From Euryarchaeota archaeon UBA443 (GTDB lineage Archaea; Thermoplasmatota; Poseidoniia; Poseidoniales; Poseidoniaceae): a stretch of DNA of 64,000 nucleotides. Numbering within the stretch: position 1 is the first letter of the stretch; each line of letters begins with the position of its first letter. This document shows, piece by piece, positions 11,301-21,700 of this stretch. Both the position numbers and the translations under genes were made by a program. The stretch spans positions 24,905 to 88,904 of the forward strand of contig DAKS01000018.1 in NCBI GenBank assembly GCA_002499195.1, given 5' to 3'. The notes beneath the pieces are model-generated. The model made no database searches and had not been told where the DNA came from. It was given only the letters and a program-made list of their open reading frames with translations.

Positions 11301-11446
11301 TAACTTTGGAGAAATTTGGAATTGGCGTTGTTGGTGGCCCCTCTGCTATGTCAAGACGTCTTGGCCTTGGTAAAATGAAAGCAGATCATCCTGATGCCCT
11401 CGAAGCGGTTCTTGTTGTTGATTCTAAGAATAAAGAAGCGTGGTGA
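8384..11446 (+). CDS. MMPL/RND-superfamily membrane transporter
   Basis: Two repeats of one TM + large extracytoplasmic loop (ending LTGPVP / LTGVAA) + five TMs; GVSYGLH and GVDFSIH motifs; TGRAVFLSAVTT. Confidence 0.9.
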   Translation: MSDDVEDQTSSSNGDEVGRIQAIADYGRNKMRVASVDISARVRDFNAKKAVDAVLDAPKRLKREWQKSGATGVITRFPIATVALFLMITLYFVTTSGFLDDTRFDNDPNEPALNVNGDMEVYLPDGSEVKELIGKVEEDWTTNVMVIYIESDKNNITDQRILQEISYVEKNINPYVSDNESDDVIYILSISTVLKEINSSLPRVRDAFITELGQQCPSFQEVCENFAANVNTALSAGDDQFAGGYEIPSQTTIDLIIGEMYENDGSPTPGLDKLARNTNACSGQPGVDDADDNGCFAGEDLKLDRAIMAVAVVDTVEAKDIIKATQERLDNISIEQRPCEFDQNGNPANADRCTWEDLGLKMTLTGPVPITNSVTEFSFRLFWEIFPMAVVLVALGLFVFHSDLLQAGISGIRPIQGIKVVIIAGLPTLCAVFWTLGIIGASNFEVTMTVIIVGPILLALGVSYGLHITNRYAEEEGSRSEKMKASMQSTGRAVFLSAVTTVIGFISLIFTPMAPIQTVGIALSGGIVIVYILTMFMVPNLTLILDLRKPKHPPLKVFDAAVDVPVKRNTSVIAFFLILVLVSATLGQSNVEENIDLLGMAPEGEQPVIKMKQYSREFNAGQIGMILVHANVSGDVTDNDPTNDDPAQNLKIIDGLERNINTIDDASAVSVVFLMKATGLAPTLSSQPILEQIQELPGYEFLPEDVRDTFEVLLNQQVTQGATFWDLLTTPEEFGLPGSTQSQIFLLDVFYSSLTKEMREIFINSDYDRTLIYIDMPFIPVADTAVAVEQINEYSEGFQGTHQERAEKLTGVAATAIEVNKLIVDSQWTSLGFAIILTLIVLAVVFRDIRYSLLTTSPVIATVALQWLVMWQMDVPLSLVTVMIGSILVGVGVDFSIHIANRIRELGGGIEAIRSAAVGTGMSLFEAAVVTSLGMFTAYQIPIPEIKPFVTVILILLWVAAASALFLLPAIFVTLEKFGIGVVGGPSAMSRRLGLGKMKADHPDALEAVLVVDSKNKEAW

Positions 11447-11487
11447 AGGCAAGCAAAGGGATAAGACCTGTACTCCCATGAGGGAAC

Positions 11488-11964
11488 ATGGTCAAGTATT
11501 GGTTGATGAAATCGGAACTAGATGTTTATCCATATTCACAACTTGTCGCTGATGGGAAGACCCACTGGGACGGTGTTCGCAACTATCAGGCAAGAAATAT
11601 GATGCGTGATGAAATGAAGGTTGGCGATCTAATTCTCTATTATCACTCAAATTGTAAGCCACCACATGTGGCGGGAATTGCCAAGGTTTGTCGAGAAGGA
11701 TATGGTGATTTTACTTCTTGGGATTCCTCATCAAAATACTTTGATGAGAAATCGACACCGGACAACCCACGATGGTTCATGGTAGATATCGAACCTATTT
11801 GTGAACTTGAAACGACGGTTGCATTAAACGCTGTTCGAGAGGAAGGGGCTCTTTCTGATATGTTGTTGATTCGTCGTGGTCAACGACTTTCTATTCAACC
11901 CGTGCAAGAAAATGAATTCAAGCACATTTGCCAGATGGGTGGTGTCAATTTCTCTCAACTTTAG
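11488..11964 (+). CDS. EVE domain protein (Thy28/THYN1-like)
   Basis: YWLMKSE, WDGVRNYQARN, YYHSNC, PRWFMVD, RLSIQPV. Confidence 0.93.
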   Translation: MVKYWLMKSELDVYPYSQLVADGKTHWDGVRNYQARNMMRDEMKVGDLILYYHSNCKPPHVAGIAKVCREGYGDFTSWDSSSKYFDEKSTPDNPRWFMVDIEPICELETTVALNAVREEGALSDMLLIRRGQRLSIQPVQENEFKHICQMGGVNFSQL

Positions 11965-11975
11965 TGGTGCCATTC

Positions 11976-13187
11976 ATGCGAGAGATAAATGCAACAAAAC
12001 GTTCGCTCAACATTGAGTATGCAATACGTGATGTTGTTGTTCCTGCTACAGAACTTGAGGCACAAGGTCATTCGATTATCAAACTCAACATTGGAGATCC
12101 GATTGCATACCCCGGTCTCCCCACACCTCCTCACATGGTTGAAGCATTTGTAAATGCACTGAATGATGGCCGAAATGGATACTCTCCGTCTTATGGTTTA
12201 CCAGAACTTCGTAAGGCAATTGCAAACGATGAGGTTCGAAAGGGTTGGGCTGCTTCTCCAAGCGATGTTTACGTATGTCATGGAGTAACCGAAGCTTTAC
12301 AGATTCTATTTCAAGCCACATTGGAGGAAGGAGATCAAGTCCTTGCACCAGGTCCGCATTATCCACCCTACATGGCTTATCCACAGATGTATGGGGCTGA
12401 AACAATCGAATATCGCCTCAACTCCCGCAATGCTTGGTCGCTCGATTTTGAGGATATTGAAGAAAAAATGAATGAACATGTTCGCTTATTTGTTTTAATC
12501 AATCCTAACAATCCAACAGGGGCAGTGATTGGAAAGGAGGAAATTGATCGATTGTTGAGCATTCTCGAGGCATGGCCAAATTGTATTCTTGTCGCCGATG
12601 AAATCTATGATGGGCTTGATTTTTCGAATCGCCAGGTCAGTGCTGCGAGCCGGTCCAATTCAATTCCAGTTGTAACGATGAACGGTGTTTCAAAGGTATA
12701 CTACGCACCAGGATGGAGGATTGGATATATGGCTCTTCACGATCCGCAATCGGCCATTGCATCTGTTCGTGACGGAATCGAACGTATTCTCCGTTCACGA
12801 TTATGTGCTTCAACACCAGCTCAACTTGGATTTTTAGCAGGCCTTGAACAGGACCGATCATGGATGGAATCATATTCTAACACGGTCAAACAACGTCGAG
12901 ATGTATGTTTGGACCGTATTGCAGGTATTCAAGGGCTTGAAGTCGAAGCACCTCAAGGGGCATTCTACATGTTTGTACGATTAACCGATGAACAGTGGAA
13001 AGAGAACGATAAGGAATTTGTCTTGAACCTGCTTCATGAAGAACATGTTCTCCTCGTGCACGGTTCGGGATTCAGTAAGGACAAGGGCAAGGGGCATGTT
13101 CGTCTTGTTTTCCTACCTGATGTTCCAACGTTACATACAGCATTTGACCGAATTGATTCATTCCTGCAAAGACATCGTAAGGTCTGA
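11976..13187 (+). CDS. PLP-dependent class I/II aminotransferase (alanine aminotransferase AlaA-like)
   Basis: IEYAIRD, LNIGDP, INPNNPTG, ADEIYD, SKVYYAPGWRIG (PLP Lys), GAFY, RLVFLP. Confidence 0.9.
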   Translation: MREINATKRSLNIEYAIRDVVVPATELEAQGHSIIKLNIGDPIAYPGLPTPPHMVEAFVNALNDGRNGYSPSYGLPELRKAIANDEVRKGWAASPSDVYVCHGVTEALQILFQATLEEGDQVLAPGPHYPPYMAYPQMYGAETIEYRLNSRNAWSLDFEDIEEKMNEHVRLFVLINPNNPTGAVIGKEEIDRLLSILEAWPNCILVADEIYDGLDFSNRQVSAASRSNSIPVVTMNGVSKVYYAPGWRIGYMALHDPQSAIASVRDGIERILRSRLCASTPAQLGFLAGLEQDRSWMESYSNTVKQRRDVCLDRIAGIQGLEVEAPQGAFYMFVRLTDEQWKENDKEFVLNLLHEEHVLLVHGSGFSKDKGKGHVRLVFLPDVPTLHTAFDRIDSFLQRHRKV

Positions 13188-13233
13188 TGTATGGCGGCGA
13201 AGTATTCATCATGAATAATCTCGACCCTGTTTC

Positions 13234-16200
13234 ATGCGGAAGTCCCTTGTCGCGTTGCTACTCGTAGTGACAGCCCTTCTTCCACAGGCCTCAGCATCTT
13301 CGATTGCGAAGCCTACTGATTTCGATGTCGTCTATCTATACCCTCTTTTGCTTGCTATTTTCATTGCAGCACTTCTTTGGAAATTCTTTGTTCCCCGTCA
13401 ACTTTCAGCGCTTCAAGTTGCGTTTGAGATCGATGACAATTTGTACGAAGTTCATCGATTAACAAGAACTGTTGATGATGCTCGAGAAATTCTACAGCAG
13501 GGGCGTGTAGCGTTCGGTGTTGGATTGTATATGATGGGTATGCTGGGAGTTTTACTTCTGATTGCCGAACTCTTATTCCAGCCTGATACTTATTTCGAAC
13601 CAAATTTATGGATTATTGGTTTGTTTGTCTTGCTTCCCATTCTGATATCGCCATGGGAAACTATGAATGCACAATTAGCGAGGAAAGGTGATACAAGGAT
13701 TGGTGCAACCACTATAGGAACAGGAATCCGGCGTATTCTCACACTGAGCATACTTGTTGCTTCAACAATCATTGTACTCATTTATGGAATGAATCAAAAC
13801 GATGGTAAAATTACTCCGGTTTGGCTTGCAATCACAATGCTGGTGTTCATGGCGCCTACCATTCTTGCTTATGGGCGAATCATGGGTGCATCATGGAACA
13901 TGTTGCTTCTGAATAAGTGGAGAACTGCAAATGGTCGCAGGAATCCAATCGATCCCGATAAGCCATCTTTTGTTAATCGATTGTTTTCACTCCTTCTCAT
14001 CCTTTTCCTCATCACAATGCCCGTAACTGCACTCAACGGAATTGTCACTGTATTTCATGTGCTTTATAATAATCCAGATAATTCTGAAGACATCCTCAAC
14101 TTCGGTGGAATCATTGGCCATTCCATTTACGAACGAATTGACCTCATTTCTGAATTCTTATTCCACTGGGAATTCATCAAATCATTGCCTCAATTTTTGT
14201 CGTTGTATCTATCATTGAATATTGCAATCGTTGGATTGGCCTTTATTTTTGAATTGACACGGAACCTTATTCTTGGTGGTCAGACCTTTGGTGGAATGTT
14301 TGGGGTTACGTTGGATACACCTCGTGAAATTCGCACAGAAGAAGATGCTCAAGGGCGTCAAATCGCATTTGCATTTGCAGGATTCTCTGGCTATACAGTT
14401 CTGCTTCTGATTCTCGTCTGTTACAAAGAATTTGGAGATTTGATGCCATTCACATCTAATCTTGAAAATCAAGGATTCAACGAAGAAATGCGATTGTTGT
14501 CCACTTGGATGTTCATCGCCGTTGGTAACGCGGTTTTCCTATTCACTTGGCTTTTATCGATATCTCGGCTTTCACCACTTCGTCAGATTCGTTTTGATTT
14601 GGATCCGGAGGAACGTCGCGAAGGTGCTGTAATGTTGGCAGGTGGCGATTGGATGCGTGAATACATTGACAATGCAGCTTTACAAGAGGATCTTGATGGA
14701 TTAATTCGGTTCCAAAAACAATCTATTGAAGGCGATCAATCCCTTGTGCGTCATGAGAAAGCACGTGCGAAAATGTGGGAATGTGCAATTCGTGGCTTAT
14801 GGCCAAAATCCATTGAAGAAGCCAAGAAAGTTCTAGCTCAATCCGGTGGAGACGACGATGAAGCAAGAATGTTGATCGCTACAGGTTACATTGCCACTCG
14901 TCGCCTCGACGCTGCACGTGGTGCTTTGCGAGGTCTGCAACAACCAGAAGGCTATGATGAGCCTGAACTTCTTACATTCATTTGTGAATGGCTTGATCCA
15001 TGGCACGGCAGTGTTGACGAGGATGATTTGTGGGATTGGGAAAATAACTCTACTATTGACCATCTCAATGAGAAAATGAGAATGTTGCGATATTGGGCAC
15101 CTTCCTTTTCGAAGGAAGCAATACAACACAAAGATCGAATATCTCTTGTTTCTAATATCTCTAACGTAGCAACTTTGCGCATGCAACGTCGGCATGAGGA
15201 TGCATTAGAATTAGCACTTGAATCGGTGAAACAAGATCCACTTGGCGTTCGTCCGAGAATTGCCGCATCTTTGTGTTTACTCGATCGTGGAGATTGGCAT
15301 CAGGCCCTTTCAATATTCAAGGAACTTCGTGAAAGCGATGTCAATGACCCGAGAGTCAAAGCATTGTCCGTCATACTCGGACATGAGGCTGCTGCAGAAG
15401 ATATCGAAGTTTCTCTTGTTCTTGAAAAGGGCAAATCACTTCGCCGTTGGTTGGATGATGCACCAGTTAACCCGGTTGCAGGTTTGGCTACAAAAGGTGG
15501 AATTGATGAAGCCATTAATGCCAATGTCATGATTGTCAATCATGAAGCTGTTAGACGTGGTATGACTCCACGCTATTCACCTTCATTATTCTCTCGAATC
15601 GTTCATTTTGTTCTATTCCCGATGATTTTTATCGTTGTTGGAATTGGATTGGATTCTATCTATGGTGCAGCAGAGGGTACTGTGGCTACAATCTCCCTGT
15701 TCGTATTACAGTTAGGACTCTATCGATTTAATCGTCAACAGCGAAAACAAATCAAGCATCGTGATCAACGTTCATTGATTCAGTATGCTAAGATGATGAA
15801 ACGCTCGAAGGTTAAGCCAAGCAGAGAAAATATCCCGGTGGGGACCCATCTTCTGCTCTCGGGTATCCTTGTGACCGTCAACGGTGTTGTTCTCGATATC
15901 GGCCTACCAGGTTGGCTAACCGAACGATTGCCAAAGGATTCGGATAAAACTATTCGTTCGAGACTAAAGCGCAGTGCTCTCTCCATTTCAAAAAATCGTC
16001 CTGGTAAACTTTCGATTCTATCATCTGGATGGTGGTTGAAGCGACCGAAAGAAGAAGATGCTGATATGCCGGCTCTTGAGCGATTGATCGGACCTGTTGC
16101 TTATCGAGGGCGACAGGCCATGGTTCAGAAGAAAACAACGAGCCTCAATAGATCGACGAGTATAGGTCCAAGTAAGACTCGAGTATCGGATATGAATCTC

Positions 16201-16281
16201 TCAGAACGCAATGTTCCGACCCATACAATAGCAAGTGAGCGCTCGAACTATTCAGGGCCAAGACGACCAGGTAGGCGCTAA
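13234..16281 (+). CDS. Large hypothetical membrane protein with central TPR-like helical region
   Basis: Signal-like N-terminus, ~9-10 TM segments, TPR-like repeats (e.g. ALELALESVKQDPLGVRPRIAASLCLLDRGDWHQAL), two more TMs, basic tail. Confidence 0.75.
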   Translation: MRKSLVALLLVVTALLPQASASSIAKPTDFDVVYLYPLLLAIFIAALLWKFFVPRQLSALQVAFEIDDNLYEVHRLTRTVDDAREILQQGRVAFGVGLYMMGMLGVLLLIAELLFQPDTYFEPNLWIIGLFVLLPILISPWETMNAQLARKGDTRIGATTIGTGIRRILTLSILVASTIIVLIYGMNQNDGKITPVWLAITMLVFMAPTILAYGRIMGASWNMLLLNKWRTANGRRNPIDPDKPSFVNRLFSLLLILFLITMPVTALNGIVTVFHVLYNNPDNSEDILNFGGIIGHSIYERIDLISEFLFHWEFIKSLPQFLSLYLSLNIAIVGLAFIFELTRNLILGGQTFGGMFGVTLDTPREIRTEEDAQGRQIAFAFAGFSGYTVLLLILVCYKEFGDLMPFTSNLENQGFNEEMRLLSTWMFIAVGNAVFLFTWLLSISRLSPLRQIRFDLDPEERREGAVMLAGGDWMREYIDNAALQEDLDGLIRFQKQSIEGDQSLVRHEKARAKMWECAIRGLWPKSIEEAKKVLAQSGGDDDEARMLIATGYIATRRLDAARGALRGLQQPEGYDEPELLTFICEWLDPWHGSVDEDDLWDWENNSTIDHLNEKMRMLRYWAPSFSKEAIQHKDRISLVSNISNVATLRMQRRHEDALELALESVKQDPLGVRPRIAASLCLLDRGDWHQALSIFKELRESDVNDPRVKALSVILGHEAAAEDIEVSLVLEKGKSLRRWLDDAPVNPVAGLATKGGIDEAINANVMIVNHEAVRRGMTPRYSPSLFSRIVHFVLFPMIFIVVGIGLDSIYGAAEGTVATISLFVLQLGLYRFNRQQRKQIKHRDQRSLIQYAKMMKRSKVKPSRENIPVGTHLLLSGILVTVNGVVLDIGLPGWLTERLPKDSDKTIRSRLKRSALSISKNRPGKLSILSSGWWLKRPKEEDADMPALERLIGPVAYRGRQAMVQKKTTSLNRSTSIGPSKTRVSDMNLSERNVPTHTIASERSNYSGPRRPGRR

Positions 16282-16334
16282 AACCGAGCAGGTCTGTTCA
16301 TAGACTTCATGAACCTCTTTGATATGGTCCAAAT

Positions 16335-17627
16335 ATGACCAATCGCTCTCCTCGTGAATCAGTCAATGCGGTTCTTACAGCATCCATGCAAAGTACAAGA
16401 TTGTATGGCCATGGACTTGGAATGATCGCTTCAGAGAACATCATCTCTCCGAATGTAAAACGGGCCATAAATTCCGATCTTCATGGCCGATATGCGGAAG
16501 GATTACCGGGGAAACGCTACTATCAAGGATGTGATGATTTTGATACCATTGAAGACATAGGAATTGATCTTGCAAAGAAAGTTTTTCAGGCTAATTTTGC
16601 GAACATCCAATCAACGTCAGGTACTGTATCTAACATTGGTGCATTGAAGGCACTAGCCAAACCAGGCGATTCTATAACTGCAGTTTCTACTGCTGATGGA
16701 GGCCACATCTCCCATGCACGGATGGGAGCTGTTGGACTTCGCGACCTCAATGTATCGACTTATCCTTGGGATGAGGATCGAATGGAGCCTGATATCGATG
16801 CATCTTGTGCACTGATTCGAGAGGTTAAACCGAAAATTACACTCGTCGGTCAATCTGTATTTCTTTTTCCAACACCGTTGAAAGAATTAGCAGATGCTGC
16901 ACATGAAGTGGGATCGACCGTCATGTACGATGGAGCACATGTTCTCGGCCTTATTGCAGGAGGGGTGTTCCAAGATCCTCTTCGAGAAGGTGCTGATGTA
17001 ATGACCGGTTCATCGCACAAGACATTCCCTGGACCTCAAGGAGGATTTTTGCTATCTTCAAGCGAAGATGAGACCTTTCAACGACGTTTGAACAATGCCA
17101 TGTTCCCTGGTGTTTGTTCGTCTTACCACTTGCATCATGTCGCAGGAAAGGTTGTTGCACTGGCCGAGTTCGAGGCTTTTGGTCAAGCCTATGCTAGCGA
17201 TATCGTACGAAATGCAAAGGTATTTGCGGAATCGTTAGCATCTGAAGGCTTCGATGTTTTAGCTGAATCTCGCGGTTATACAGCATCTCATCAGGTCCTA
17301 ACTAGACATGGTAGTGTTGATTCAGGTGCGGGTGCAATTGCAGCCCAGAGATTAGAGGATGCTGGCATTATTACCAACATGAACATGCTTCCTGGAGATA
17401 CAAAGGCAATGACTCCTTCAGGTCTGAGACTGGGTGTTCAGGAACTAACCCGCGTTGGCATGGGGGTAACCGAGATGTCCGAGGTCGCTTCACTTTATGC
17501 ACGAGTACTGATTCATGATGAAGATCCAAAACTCGTTCGCGATGATGTGCAGCATTTGAAATCTGATTTCCAGCATGTACAGTATTGCTTCGATTCTGAA
17601 TCCATACCTGCTTACGAAGGGATGTGA
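16335..17627 (+). CDS. glyA: Serine hydroxymethyltransferase
   Basis: IASEN, RYAEGLPGKRYYQGC, GGHISH, YDGAHVLGL, SSHKTFPGPQGG, SGLRLG. Confidence 0.97.
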   Translation: MTNRSPRESVNAVLTASMQSTRLYGHGLGMIASENIISPNVKRAINSDLHGRYAEGLPGKRYYQGCDDFDTIEDIGIDLAKKVFQANFANIQSTSGTVSNIGALKALAKPGDSITAVSTADGGHISHARMGAVGLRDLNVSTYPWDEDRMEPDIDASCALIREVKPKITLVGQSVFLFPTPLKELADAAHEVGSTVMYDGAHVLGLIAGGVFQDPLREGADVMTGSSHKTFPGPQGGFLLSSSEDETFQRRLNNAMFPGVCSSYHLHHVAGKVVALAEFEAFGQAYASDIVRNAKVFAESLASEGFDVLAESRGYTASHQVLTRHGSVDSGAGAIAAQRLEDAGIITNMNMLPGDTKAMTPSGLRLGVQELTRVGMGVTEMSEVASLYARVLIHDEDPKLVRDDVQHLKSDFQHVQYCFDSESIPAYEGM

Positions 17628-18649
17628 AGTATATCGAGTCAGGATTTAGCTTGGAAGCATTTCCTGGGCTTGGTCTTCTACACCACCCTCGACTTGGGGA
17701 GGTAATCATTTGGCGTCAGCATGAATTTCATACGTGGTGGAATCTCTATGAATCATTGATGCAACATCCTCTGAGCAGAACGTTTGTCAATGCATTTGTT
17801 GATTCACTTGAAATCAATCATACATTGACTCCTACTCGAGGGTTGTTTCGAAAGAAAAAGTTTCACATTGAAATGAATCTAATGTCGTCGCTCTTAGGTT
17901 GGGGTCGTGTTGAATTTGATGAACGGCGGGTGATTCAAGGTGCTCATTCTTTACTCTCAGTGGCTTTAGGCCAGTATGCGATTGAAACATTTGATCAACA
18001 TCGCTACAAGGTACGATGGCTCGAACCCAGCTCTCAAACTGTGCAACTTGAGTTGGAGAGGACTACAGATTTGCCTCCGCCACAACCTCACAATCCATTC
18101 CTATGGTCGAGGAAATCTGTTTCTTCAAAATCAATACATTCACAAATGGTAATCGAAGATCATGAGGGGTGCGAATTGCGGGTCGAAGGAGAGCGCGTGG
18201 TTCTAATCCCAATTATGGCATTGGAAAGATTTCTCTCTGCGTGCCTACCTTACGCTCCAGAATCTAATGATGAGTGGTTTCATCACCAAATTGAATCATT
18301 TTCAGCGTTTGAGAATCTTTTCAAGACCACAATAAAATCAATAGCAGCCATGTTCCTAAAGAGTGAGCAACCAGTTTACATCATCGACCGCTCAAGTTGG
18401 GATTCTTACATTGAACATTATCTGATCGAACGTGGTTGGGGCGCCATTGAAATCATGGAATATGATGCTTCTTCATTTGAACTCAATTGTTCAATCCAAT
18501 CTGGAGCAAGCTTTCCATTCACACTTGGTATGATATGTGGAATGTGGGAACGTGCTCATGGTCGAGCATATCGCATAAACCTTCGACAAAAAGATACTAC
18601 CTTTCTCATTAAAATCGAATCATTTCTTGAGTATCAAAATCATGAATAG
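17624..18649 (+). CDS. Hypothetical protein with two V4R-like repeats
   Basis: GTGA overlap with glyA stop; repeated GWG motifs (LLGWGRVEF, ERGWGAIEI) followed by FTLGMICGMWE, reminiscent of V4R domains. Confidence 0.65.
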   Translation: MKYIESGFSLEAFPGLGLLHHPRLGEVIIWRQHEFHTWWNLYESLMQHPLSRTFVNAFVDSLEINHTLTPTRGLFRKKKFHIEMNLMSSLLGWGRVEFDERRVIQGAHSLLSVALGQYAIETFDQHRYKVRWLEPSSQTVQLELERTTDLPPPQPHNPFLWSRKSVSSKSIHSQMVIEDHEGCELRVEGERVVLIPIMALERFLSACLPYAPESNDEWFHHQIESFSAFENLFKTTIKSIAAMFLKSEQPVYIIDRSSWDSYIEHYLIERGWGAIEIMEYDASSFELNCSIQSGASFPFTLGMICGMWERAHGRAYRINLRQKDTTFLIKIESFLEYQNHE

Positions 18650-18747
18650 TACTGCATTTTGAAATTCAAAATTTGAGCAAACAGGGTCAAGGTTCATAAC
18701 CGAACCATGTCGTCGCAAGGATAGTCAAGACGCGGAGGCTACATCCT

Positions 18748-21700
18748 ATGTCACTAAATCACAACCAAATGGCTTATGCTGCAATTATTTCAACATTGAT
18801 TTTTGGATCTCTTTTTGTAGGGATTAGCGGGTTCTATCAAACCTCATCAGGAGTTGGTGATTTTGATAGTGCAGCCGAAGATAACATCAATCCTGATGTC
18901 GAAATTACATCCGGTGACGCACTCGATGAAGACGGGGATGGTCTTCCTGACGTACTCGAATCTCAATACGGTACAGATCCAAAAGATCGTGACACAGATA
19001 AAGACGGGATGAGTGATGGTTGGGAAGTTGAACATGGCTTGAATCCACTCGATAGTGGTGAAGCGGAAGAGGCGGAGGAAGACCCTGGCTCAACCAACAC
19101 AGCCGATGATGCTGAAGTCAGTAACGAAAGCGATTCATGGCCGGATCCAACACAAGGAAAATACGGTGACCCAGATAACGATGGTCTGACCAATGAACAA
19201 GAAGCAGAACTCGGCACCGACCCTCAGCGTGCTGACACAGATAACGATGGTTTGAATGACCGCTGGGAATCACTTTACACAATGAACGTCTCTTCCCCTG
19301 ATGGAACTGTTATGTTGTTCAATCCATTGTCTGGTAACTGGGATTGTACACTTCTCAACGGACCATTGGAACAAACTCTCGCAGACATACTCGAAGATTT
19401 CGAAGGTGCTCCTACATGGTCGGAACTTGAAAACCCACTCGGCAAACATTCCTGTGATCAAGTTCTCGATTTCGATGATGACGGATTACTTAATTTCCAA
19501 GAAGAGGAATACGGCACTAACCCTGCTGCTAAGGACTCGGACGATGACATGCTACCCGATATTCTAGAAGTCAATAATGCAAACATGATTCTTGATTTCC
19601 AACTCGGAGCAACTTGTGGTGAGCCAGTAATTACCCCTCCTTCCCAGCGACTTCCTACAATGGCGCCATTTGCTGATGAAGTAAGCGCTTCGTGGTTCCT
19701 TTCGGATATGGATGGAGATGGATACCTGAATGGCCCTAGTGATTGGGATACCGATGGCGATGGAATGCCTGACGGATTCGAGTACTGTTTCTCATTCAAG
19801 GAGAACCATCCAAGCGCTACCAATAATCCTCCGAAAGCACAATCTGAGCGACTAAGCCCCTCTAATGCGTCTGACGGTTACAGTGATTGGGACGAGGATG
19901 GTTTGAACAATCTTGAAGAATATCAGGTTGCTCTAAAATTTGGTCTCCACAATGGCCTTCCATCGTTTACCTCGCCATGGGCCGAGGATACAGATCAGGA
20001 CGGAATGCCTGATGGATGGGAGGCAACGCAATACAATCGTACCACTCTCGAATATCCATTGAATCCAAGAAATGCAAGCAATGCAAACGACGATATCGAC
20101 TTTGATGGTTGGGACTCGGATGGAGATGGTGATGTTGTCTTTGATGAACTTGAACTTACAACAACCGTTGTTGATGTTTACGTTGAAAAAGGTGACCCGG
20201 TATCAGCAAATACAACAGTTGCTCGTGGCCAGTACACACTTGGTGGTGGAAATAAGCAAACTGTTTACCTAGTTGCTCCTGTTGATGGTTATGTTTACGA
20301 CATCAACGTTGCGCCGGGCGATCAAATCGAATCGAGACTATTCGTTTGGATGAATGTCGTTGAAGAATCTGAGAGATTTACTAATTTAATGGAGTATGAA
20401 GCTCGCTTTGATGAGAACGGAAATTCAATAGGTCGTTCAACAGACCCAACGCATGGAGATACTGACCTAGACGGTCTTCTCGATGGAATTGAAGTTGGTG
20501 GATGGGAAATACTCGTTGTCAACCGCGGTGTACAATTGACATGGGTTGTTTCCGATCCAGGCCTTGCAGATACTGATTCAGATGGATTGTCAGACTTTGT
20601 AGAATTTTCATCGACTTGTGATGGCCAAGGATCAAATGCATCAAATGTCGACACTGATGGTGATGGTGAAAGTGACCAACAGGAAGTTATGCTCGGTTAC
20701 ATATTCAACGGTGAACAATACTTCACATCGGCATGTATGTTTGATACAGACAATGATGGTCTCGAAGATGGGGAGGAAGTTATTGCTGGTGCAGACAACT
20801 TCGTGACACACGCCAATAACTCGGACACGGATAGCGATGGCCTTATTGACGGTAATGAAATTCTTTTCATCCCCCGTCCATTCCAACATGAAACAAATCC
20901 ACTGATCAACGACACAGACGCGGATGGTATGTTGGACGGTTGGGAAATGCAAGTTAAATCGACAGAGGATAATACAAACTCTCACTCGCTGTGGGTTGCC
21001 GTTTCCAATTGGGATCGTCCTGGATGCACTGAGAGCACATCCAACAGTTGTCTTATGGAACCAGGCGGTTATGTTTGGATTAACTGGCTAGGTGGTTTCG
21101 AATTGCAAAAGAAATACGAAGTCCATGAAATGAATCTCTCTGGATTTGATTTACCAGGCAACACACTCTGCGATGGATGCAAGGGTCGATGGGCGCTTGA
21201 TCCTTCTCTTAACTCTCTCAAGGACGATACCTACGATATTGACAACGACACACTTCCTAACGGTGCTGAATCCCCATCTAACTGGAATACGAATCCTGTT
21301 GATGATGACACTGATGGTGATAAATTGCCTGATGGTTGGGAAGTCAGGTATTCCTATGAGGCCATCAACAACAACCTCGTTGATAATGCGACGATTAATG
21401 CATATGGGGCACGCGGTGTTATGGATCCATCCATGGCCGATAGCGACCTTGATGGTATCAATGATGGTGAGGAGGACCCTGACATGGATGGACTGAACAG
21501 AACAGGACTCATCAAGAAGTACTGCTCAGGATACAACGATTCAACCAATGCGGACTGCAACATAAACCCTGATACTCCAGATGGAATGAAATTCTACAAT
21601 AACCTTGAGAATTATACTAATTTTGAGGAATTGCAAAATGGAACCAATCCGGTAAGTAATGATACAGATGGAGATGCATGGGAAGATGGCCCTGAAGTTT

